Assembly (NCBI GenBank): GCA_964522435.1 | Contig: CAZFUL010000002.1 | Coordinates: 108,631-172,630, forward strand | DNA length: 64,000 bases | Direction of reading: 5' to 3' | From: an uncultured Gammaproteobacteria bacterium | Lineage (GTDB): Bacteria > Patescibacteriota > Patescibacteriia > Magasanikbacterales > UBA922 | Part shown: positions 57,467-64,000 of the stretch, one piece after another | Layout: each line of letters starts with the position of its first letter | Position numbering within the stretch: position 1 is the first letter of the stretch | Notes under the pieces: generated by a model | The model's input: only the letters and a program-made list of their open reading frames with translations | The model's database searches: none | Told to the model about the DNA's origin: nothing | Made by a program: the position numbers and the translations under genes

Positions 57467-58154
57467 TTTAAAAATAGTTCAATTGTGTCGCACAATATAT
57501 AAGAATAGGTAGCCTTGCTTAACATGGAGGTTGCAATGAACATGCCTAGTCAAAAACTGTTCCGCTATCATAACGAGGATGGAGCGTTGGTACTTTTTTC
57601 GTATAGGTATGCCGGTATATCAACTATCCTTGTTTATCTATAGTCGTTTAAAATCAGGCTAGTAATTTTTTTATAAAAGAGTGGTATGCAATTACCTACC
57701 CAAAATAAAGCACTAATTTGTAGTGTCGCAAAATGAACTACTTACCAAGATAATAGGGGAGCAGGGGAAGTATGAGAGGGCTTTTTCAGTATAGCTACGA
57801 CTACATGAGGGATAACATGCTTTTTATAATAGATAGTATAATACACTGCGAACCGTTGGTTGTATCTATTATAGAATAACATTTTTTATTTAATATATTT
57901 TATTATACGAAATATAGTCAGAGTTTGTCGGTAGCATTTTTGGGATAATCAGATAAACAGTTGGTTGTGTATATCGGCAGCGCCCCGTGTACTAAGCTAG
58001 ATTTGCTATACCATGTCGCATAACAAACATTGTGCGACGTTGTATTTATTTAAAAAATACTCTATTGTTCCACGCGATTATAGAGAGGGCCTGATGTATC
58101 TGTAATGAGTAACAAGGCCCCCCGCCTACCGACTACAATAGCCATCATGGTTGA

Positions 58155-59171
58155 TTACTTCCAATATACCCGTTGTGGAAAACGAATATCAATATATTCC
58201 ATATTGCGGGTGTCTATTTCTTGGGTAAGCGTATGTTGTAATACACGGGCTTGTATTTCTGGATCTTCTTGAATATTGATTAACACTGCCCAGCCTTCTT
58301 TGGTATACAGGGTTGCATGATAGGGGCTCTCCCCTATTTGTGCATAGCCAAAGGGAATATTGAGGAGCTGTTCAAATAATGCATACCATTCAATAATGTG
58401 TGAAACAATTGTGGGGTTGACGATTGACTCCCCTTCTTTTGACGAAGAGGGATTGGTAGTATAGATTATTGGATAATTACCATATTGTGCTGTGATAGCG
58501 TCTACTGCCGGCGTATGGGTACGCGAAATAATATTTTCTTGTTGTGTGAGTGAATCCGTGCTGCTTGTTGTTGTCGCGATAACCACTTCTGTAATAATAT
58601 CCCATTCATCCTCCCCTACTAAACGAATCTTTTCTACGACATTGCCGCGTAAATCAACATAACTATATTCTTGTCCATTATCATAAATAACCGTAGAAAT
58701 TTTTTCTTCAATAGAAATAGATACGTTATGTGGAAACACTTTTTTTACCACAATGTGTTCAATTGGAAAACGTTCTTTTAAAATATCTTTTAATTCTTGT
58801 ACATCAATAATAAAATAATTGTTTCCGGGAAAAATAAACAAGCGATTATAATCCAGAATGCCATAGACCGCTTCTTGCATTTCTTGCTCTGATATTCGTT
58901 GTAGGCCCGTAATAGAAAGCGCTGAAATAGCAAAAAAAGGATGGTATAATCCTAATCCTATAGTAGAAATAAAAGCGACGATACCCGTAATAATAACAAT
59001 ACGCTGACGGTTTTTTTGGTGTACCTGTTCTCGTCGAAAAGGATTTGTTCGTTGTTTGGGTGCAACAAAATCTTGCCGAGAACGAACATGCCGGCGCTGC
59101 ATGTGTTTTTTGCGCTCAAAACGATCAGATAAGCGCTGTTGAACACTTTCATATTTGTACCTCCGAAGCAT
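58155..59171 (-). CDS. FtsQ/DivIB-like cell-division protein (TM plus POTRA)
   Basis: A basic N-terminus, one TM helix, then 'ISALSITGLQRISEQEMQEAV...LKERFPIEHIVVKKVFPHNVSISIEEK', which looks like a POTRA domain. Confidence 0.5.
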   Translation of the reverse strand: MLRRYKYESVQQRLSDRFERKKHMQRRHVRSRQDFVAPKQRTNPFRREQVHQKNRQRIVIITGIVAFISTIGLGLYHPFFAISALSITGLQRISEQEMQEAVYGILDYNRLFIFPGNNYFIIDVQELKDILKERFPIEHIVVKKVFPHNVSISIEEKISTVIYDNGQEYSYVDLRGNVVEKIRLVGEDEWDIITEVVIATTTSSTDSLTQQENIISRTHTPAVDAITAQYGNYPIIYTTNPSSSKEGESIVNPTIVSHIIEWYALFEQLLNIPFGYAQIGESPYHATLYTKEGWAVLINIQEDPEIQARVLQHTLTQEIDTRNMEYIDIRFPQRVYWK

Positions 59172-59183
59172 AAAAATAGTACG

Positions 59184-60215
59184 TTAAAATCCTCGTTTAA
59201 TGCGGCGAAGACTTTCTATAAGCCAGGTAATATAATAGCGCTTTGATATGGCGACATCATGCGCAGGTAACAAATCTTTTTGTTCTCCTCCAAATCCTTT
59301 TTTAAAATGCGTGATGCCAGCAAAGGGATGGTCTGTGGAAGCGCCTTCTGGTGCAATACCCCAAAAATTATACCATACTTTGCCTCGTTTCTTTGCTTCT
59401 TGAATCGCTTCCCATTGAATAAGATAGGAACTGGGTAATCGTTTATCTTTGTTGAGTGAGGCACTATGACGGTATGCTGCCATGGAACCAAAAAAATAAA
59501 TAATGGCAGAGGCATCTACTTCTCCATTTGGAAGGGTGGCTTCAAAAATAACTACATTTCCTTTTCCCGTTAATGCTATAAATTCTTTTTCAATAAATGT
59601 TTTTGAAAATCGCGCAAAATCATGACGCTTCGCGACGACGTCATGCATGGCGTTTAAGCGATTGAGGGCCGCAATATCTTGGTATTTGGTAACAACGACT
59701 CCCTCTCGTTGACAACGGCTAATCAAATTACGATGATTTTTTTTCATGCGGGATAATAATTCTTTTTCCGATGCAGATATGTCTAAAAGCCAGGTATGCT
59801 CTGCTAAAATATGAATCGGTGAAGGTCGATACCCCTGCAAATGAAATATCTCACGGTGGCGAGCTGTGTCGTCGATAAACGGACTGACTCGAATAAAATG
59901 GTACCCTTCTTGTTTTGCAAATTTTTTTATGAAAGTAAAAAAACGATCAATATACGCTGGATTGTAATAGTCGGCAAATACCGGCCCATAGGGTAATAAT
60001 AAAAAGTTTCCTCTTTTTGCATGTACCGTGGTAATGAGTGAACCACCGACGAGTGTATCATTATCATAAACCCCAAAAATCCAATATGATTCTCCCATTG
60101 ATTCATAAAATAAGCCATTTGCTCCTGATTGGGTGAATAAGGTAAATGATTGGTTGAGCAAGAATGAATGCCACTCCTCTTCTTGTTGTTTATGTATTTG
60201 TCTTATTTCTATCAT
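59184..60215 (-). CDS. FemAB-family peptidoglycan interpeptide aminoacyltransferase
   Basis: 'LLLPYGPV', 'NFWGIAP' and 'GITHFKKGFGG' are typical of FemX/FemAB. The start is set at MIEIRQ. Confidence 0.7.
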   Translation of the reverse strand: MIEIRQIHKQQEEEWHSFLLNQSFTLFTQSGANGLFYESMGESYWIFGVYDNDTLVGGSLITTVHAKRGNFLLLPYGPVFADYYNPAYIDRFFTFIKKFAKQEGYHFIRVSPFIDDTARHREIFHLQGYRPSPIHILAEHTWLLDISASEKELLSRMKKNHRNLISRCQREGVVVTKYQDIAALNRLNAMHDVVAKRHDFARFSKTFIEKEFIALTGKGNVVIFEATLPNGEVDASAIIYFFGSMAAYRHSASLNKDKRLPSSYLIQWEAIQEAKKRGKVWYNFWGIAPEGASTDHPFAGITHFKKGFGGEQKDLLPAHDVAISKRYYITWLIESLRRIKRGF

Positions 60216-61455
60216 ATATGTGATGCATGACGGTAACAATTTTTTCGGCATCTTTTTGTGAAATACCTTCATGCGTTGGTAAGTTAATGGATTGTGCTGC
60301 CAACATTTCTGCGTTAGGGCAGCTCCCGTTCTTATAGCCGGTGCTACTCATATCACTATCGCGAGGAGCAATAACCGTATCATACCAATTTCCTAATAAG
60401 ATGTGCTGTGTTTTGGCATAGCTGTGATATTGTTTTGGATCTTGTACGAGTAATGGATAACGCAAAAAAATACTGTTGGGATGATTCGCTATGGGAGATG
60501 CTATCTGCAATGTTTTTGCGTAATACGCCGCGATATGTCTTCTATGGGTATTGATTTTATCAATACGAGAGAGTTGGTCAATAAGAAGAAGCGCAAGGGC
60601 ATTAGGAAACTGCGCTGGGTACGGAAGAGCCATCTGTCCTTTTTTTTCTTCTTTATAGATAATTTTATTTATAATAGATGTCTGTTGTGCGATATATAAT
60701 AGCCACTTCCCCACCCCCCAAGAATACAAGCGTTTCCCAATGGCCATAATAGGAAAATGCAATAAATGTTGTGCAATACGTTTGGCGGTGGTTTGTGGTA
60801 AGGATTGTTGATAGCTTCGTAAACGAAGGGCATAGGTCTCTGATGCGGTTACGGCTGCGCCACCACGGGCACAAGAAATAACTTTATCTGATCCAAAACT
60901 AAAAATACCGATATCGGCGACGGTTCCTGTTTGTTTGCCATTGCTGTATCGTGCACCTAATGAGTGGGCGGCATCTTCAATAGTAAATAGGTTATGCTTC
61001 TTTGCAACAGCGATAAGATCTGCGATGTTTGCTGGTGTCCCAAAGCTATGTTGAATAATAAGGGCTTTTGTTTTTGAACTGATGCGTTGTGCAACTTGCG
61101 CAGGATCAATAGTAAAATCAGGGAGTATATCAAGATATACGGGTGTTGCCCCGGTCCATCGAATAGCATTAATGACCACCATACAGGTGTAGGCTTGCAC
61201 GAGTACTTCATCTCCCGGTTGAATATCTCCCGCGAGGAGTGCTGCGTACAAAGCGGTTCGGCCACTATCAACACTTACCACATGAGGAACTTGCAGATAG
61301 TCTGACAAGAGACGTTCTGCGGTTTGGGTATAGTTCCCTTTTTTCCAATGTGACCATTTCCAAGGAAGTACTAATAATGCAAGCGCATTCCACACTTGGC
61401 TGGATTGTATATTTGGCGCCATGCCAGTAAAAATTGTTTTTGGTATAGAGATCAT
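60190..61455 (-). CDS. DegT-family PLP-dependent aminotransferase (fourth paralog in the window)
   Basis: 'IGIFSFGSDKVISCARGGAAV'. Co-operonic with femAB and a MurF-like gene. Confidence 0.6.
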   Translation of the reverse strand: MISIPKTIFTGMAPNIQSSQVWNALALLVLPWKWSHWKKGNYTQTAERLLSDYLQVPHVVSVDSGRTALYAALLAGDIQPGDEVLVQAYTCMVVINAIRWTGATPVYLDILPDFTIDPAQVAQRISSKTKALIIQHSFGTPANIADLIAVAKKHNLFTIEDAAHSLGARYSNGKQTGTVADIGIFSFGSDKVISCARGGAAVTASETYALRLRSYQQSLPQTTAKRIAQHLLHFPIMAIGKRLYSWGVGKWLLYIAQQTSIINKIIYKEEKKGQMALPYPAQFPNALALLLIDQLSRIDKINTHRRHIAAYYAKTLQIASPIANHPNSIFLRYPLLVQDPKQYHSYAKTQHILLGNWYDTVIAPRDSDMSSTGYKNGSCPNAEMLAAQSINLPTHEGISQKDAEKIVTVMHHIYDRNKTNT

Positions 61456-63089
61456 TCTCGTTGTGGTTTATATGCAGATAGTTCACACACAATATTTGAC
61501 GGTATTCTATTTTCTAATAAGATAATCACCTCTTCTTCTTTTTGTGCCGTAACATACAGAAATAGATCACGGGGGTCTGTTTTTAGCTGCACGGAGGTAT
61601 GATATTTTTTACCGACACCTTTTTTAAGGGATTCATAGGGATCGCGACTAATAACAATAAGCTCGTCAGCCACAAAAGCAATTTCTCCTCCTAAGCGTTC
61701 ATGAATCTCTTCACTTTCTTCCCCTAATTCCAACATGCCACGAGTAATAACAATACGTTTTTTTTCTGAAGAAAATTTCCCCATGATTTCTAAGGCAGAG
61801 ACAAATCCTCTGGGATTGGCATTATAACTATCATCAATAATAGTTGCTTTACCATATTGATATATATTAATTGATCCATGACTCTGGGTTGGGAGGGTTT
61901 TGGCACGCTCAATACTGGTCGCAAGAGGAATGCTAAGAAATTCTGCTACCAAGAATGCTGCGGTAATGTTATAGGCATGATGTGCCCCGATCACTGGCGT
62001 TATCACATGCTGCTTACCTTGTGTTTTATGAAGAATATCAAAGGTATTTCCTTGTAATCCGGAATCAATATTGGTAATTAAAATATCAACAACATCTTGT
62101 TGGTCATCATCTGCACTAAAGAGGACTTGTTGTTTACAGGCTAATTCTGAGAGAAATTCTGTACAATAGCTATTTTCTGCATTGGTAATTACCAGACCTG
62201 TTTCAGGAATGGCACGCAACAATTCGTATTTTGCTTGTTGTGTTTTTTTAATTGATCCAAATAATGAGAGGTGTTGTTCATTAATTGCTGTTAATACTCC
62301 AATCGTAGGCCGTACCATGCGGCAAATTTTTTGAATTTCCCCTATTTTGTAGGCGCCCATCTCACAGACAAATACATCATAATTACTAAAATCATGTTGT
62401 AAAATAAACTTGGCAACACCAATTTCTGTATTAATATTTCTTGGAGTTTTTATAACGCGATACCGTGTACCGAGTATGTGGCTCGTAAATTCTTTGACCG
62501 ATGATTTACCATAACTTCCTGTTATCCCAATAGTAATGATATGTGAAAATGATTTCATTTTTTTTGTTGCCAAAAAAATATATATTTGTTTAATAATATA
62601 CGTTGGTAATTGCAGCAGTTGTACCAATGTTGCATGAACAAAATATCTACTCACAAAGAATAATAGCATGAGTTTTACGGGATAAAACACAATGCTACAG
62701 AGCAGTTCTATCAAAAGAGATATACCAATAATAATAATTGCTTTTGGGGTAAATGTAGGACGTTTAATAAATGACTTTTTATAACTATAGATATTATATC
62801 CTAGATCTGTGATGCCAAGGATAAGCGCAAATAGCTGGATAGAAAGCGTGTCTCCAGCAAAGGTGTATACAAATAATAACACCAGTGGTCGAATAAAAAT
62901 GCGGTAACTTCGGCTAAATTCTTTTCCTTTTTCGCTTTGTAAATAATCTTTAAAACGATCAAAACGATATTCTTTTAATTGCCACAAATAGGTAAAGTGC
63001 AGATAATCGGCAAGTGCACTTAAAAACCATAGAAAAAATAATATGGGATAAATTTCAGTACTAGTGGCAAAGGTATTCATAACAATCAA
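61452..63089 (-). CDS. Mur ligase (MurF-like) with N-terminal roughly 180-aa polytopic membrane domain
   Basis: P-loop 'IGITGSYGKSS' and 'IDDSYNANPRGF', the MurF signature. The first 180 aa form 4-5 hydrophobic helices in place of the usual N-terminal domain. Confidence 0.65.
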   Translation of the reverse strand: MIVMNTFATSTEIYPILFFLWFLSALADYLHFTYLWQLKEYRFDRFKDYLQSEKGKEFSRSYRIFIRPLVLLFVYTFAGDTLSIQLFALILGITDLGYNIYSYKKSFIKRPTFTPKAIIIIGISLLIELLCSIVFYPVKLMLLFFVSRYFVHATLVQLLQLPTYIIKQIYIFLATKKMKSFSHIITIGITGSYGKSSVKEFTSHILGTRYRVIKTPRNINTEIGVAKFILQHDFSNYDVFVCEMGAYKIGEIQKICRMVRPTIGVLTAINEQHLSLFGSIKKTQQAKYELLRAIPETGLVITNAENSYCTEFLSELACKQQVLFSADDDQQDVVDILITNIDSGLQGNTFDILHKTQGKQHVITPVIGAHHAYNITAAFLVAEFLSIPLATSIERAKTLPTQSHGSINIYQYGKATIIDDSYNANPRGFVSALEIMGKFSSEKKRIVITRGMLELGEESEEIHERLGGEIAFVADELIVISRDPYESLKKGVGKKYHTSVQLKTDPRDLFLYVTAQKEEEVIILLENRIPSNIVCELSAYKPQRE

Positions 63090-63090
63090 G

Positions 63091-63825
63091 TTAGGAGGTT
63101 TCTATAATTGTTTGTATAATCTCGGCAAATTCACTGGGTTTATGGATGTGTAGTCCATGACTCCCCTTTTTAATAATATAGGCTGTTGAGAGCGGAACCG
63201 CATGCTGTATTTTTTTTACAAATGCCAGTGGTGTATACCGATCATGTTCTCCCCATACCAGTGCTGTTGGGCAAGAAATCTTTGATAGCACGTGGCTTGT
63301 ATCTTGACGGATTACTTTCTTAAAGATTTCTCGTTGTATGTCTTTTGTTTTTTCATAATCAGGAGAATCAGCAACTTTATAGAGCATGCGTTTTACTCTC
63401 TGTTCCTGAGAACGTAACAGAGGAAGAGAAAAAAACGCTTTTCCTGTTTTTGCAAGCGCCCAAAAGATTGCGCGTTTGATACTTTTTTTCGGTCTGTACA
63501 GTGCAGCCCCACTTAAAATAAGTATATCACAAATAGATGGTTCTGTAGCAGCAAGGTAGGCGGCTATTTGACCGCCAAACGAATGTCCTAATAAAACAGT
63601 TTTTTTGCTCGAGTCCGTGGGTATTTGTGCTATGGTCTTTTTTACAAAGCCAGCATACTCTTCTACTCCCCATACTTCTTTGGGACAAGGTTCATTTCCA
63701 AAACAGGGTAAATCAATAACCGTAACCGAGCTAAAGAGTGGTTCTATCCTTGTTATAAAGGCTGCCCATGTTTTTTGGGATCCACCCCAACCAGGGAGAA
63801 TAATAAGTTTATACTTGTTTGTCAT
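63091..63825 (-). CDS. alpha/beta hydrolase
   Basis: 'LLGHSFGGQIA' nucleophile elbow. 244 aa. Confidence 0.65.
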   Translation of the reverse strand: MTNKYKLIILPGWGGSQKTWAAFITRIEPLFSSVTVIDLPCFGNEPCPKEVWGVEEYAGFVKKTIAQIPTDSSKKTVLLGHSFGGQIAAYLAATEPSICDILILSGAALYRPKKSIKRAIFWALAKTGKAFFSLPLLRSQEQRVKRMLYKVADSPDYEKTKDIQREIFKKVIRQDTSHVLSKISCPTALVWGEHDRYTPLAFVKKIQHAVPLSTAYIIKKGSHGLHIHKPSEFAEIIQTIIETS

Positions 63826-64000
63826 ATCCGAGCGTGTGAATTATCTGATCAAGTGCGGTAATAAGGGGAAGCTGTAATGCGTCTTGACCAGTTACCCATA
63901 CAAATTCGGTATGAGCGTTTGGATCAATCTGTATATCGACTGGTGTATCTATATCACAGCGGTATCCAATAAAATCGCCACTGCCACCTGGACCATTAAA
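63809..64000 (-). CDS. partial CDS (3' end only; gene continues past window edge), unknown product
   Basis: Open minus-strand frame from the window edge ('...GPGGSGDFIGY...LGYDKQV*') that overlaps the start of the next gene. Confidence 0.25.
   Translation of the reverse strand, partial: FNGPGGSGDFIGYRCDIDTPVDIQIDPNAHTEFVWVTGQDALQLPLITALDQIIHTLGYDKQV

Noticed and set aside
1-64000. CRISPR arrays, integrase/transposase genes, and phage structural genes
   Set aside because: I looked for regularly spaced direct repeats and for recombinase or transposase motifs near the GC-rich islands and tRNAs and found none. The only repeats seen are the palindromic CAATGA-type elements and the hairpin terminators.

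Overview
This window is a gene-dense chromosomal segment with low GC (by eye roughly 35-40%) from a small-genome, Gram-positive-like bacterium, possibly a Patescibacteria/CPR-type lineage. Recognisable genes include RNase Y, FemAB, FtsQ/DivIB-like, PilT, priA-def-fmt, a T-box leader in front of an alpha2-type glyS, HU, mreB, frr, dtd and tpiA. All product calls come from motifs read in the supplied translations; no database search was run.

Content in order:
- (a) 1-12.7 kb, minus strand: an amino-sugar/polysaccharide cluster with a WbpB/WbpE/WbpD-like trio, three DegT aminotransferases, a sugar N-formyltransferase, an AsnB-like amidotransferase, a FemAB/GNAT-like gene, an epimerase and a flippase.
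- (b) 15.8-20.6 kb: housekeeping genes galE-like, folD, pilT and a PBP transpeptidase.
- (c) 23.7-36 kb: rny, a second glycan cluster (flippase, GT4, GT2, O-antigen-ligase-like), fmt, def, a degenerate priA and a MEMO/LigB-family gene.
- (d) 36-64 kb: envelope and housekeeping genes, including an S11 DD-carboxypeptidase with a long N-terminal extension, rsmI, a cellulose-synthase-like GT2 with a partner, mreB, GT4, holB, a BNR-repeat lipoprotein, frr, dtd, a T-box leader with glyS, an M16 peptidase, tpiA, tRNA-Thr/Tyr, bcp, an M23 peptidase, a DsbA-like protein, and a minus-strand operon ftsQ-like/femAB/DegT/membrane-anchored MurF-like/hydrolase.
- Four tRNAs were located by hand: Met-CAT, Glu-CTC, Thr-TGT and Tyr-GTA.

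The most striking feature is five short GC-rich islands (about 50-68% GC by eye) that interrupt otherwise syntenic low-GC housekeeping DNA. Each is essentially one self-contained cassette with its own hairpin terminators:
- A, 12.8-15.45 kb: an 864-aa lipoprotein with about 11 DDDCDG-type cysteine-rich repeats, ending abruptly in a YD-repeat start exactly at the GC boundary.
- B, 20.86-21.78 kb: a lipoprotein wedged between tRNA-Met and tRNA-Glu.
- C, 22.59-23.63 kb: an exported HExxH protein.
- D, 44.0-44.72 kb: three tandem paralogous small CxxC...CxxH proteins.
- E, 48.59-49.33 kb: a 194-aa protein behind a near-consensus sigma70 promoter.

No integrase, transposase or CRISPR array was seen. 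Other notable points are a recurring CAATGA(G/A)CAAT palindromic intergenic element family, a 110-bp long-armed hairpin next to island D, a GC-rich apparently non-coding 400-bp block upstream of the DD-carboxypeptidase, and a 740-bp non-coding gap with repeated TGTCGCA motifs.
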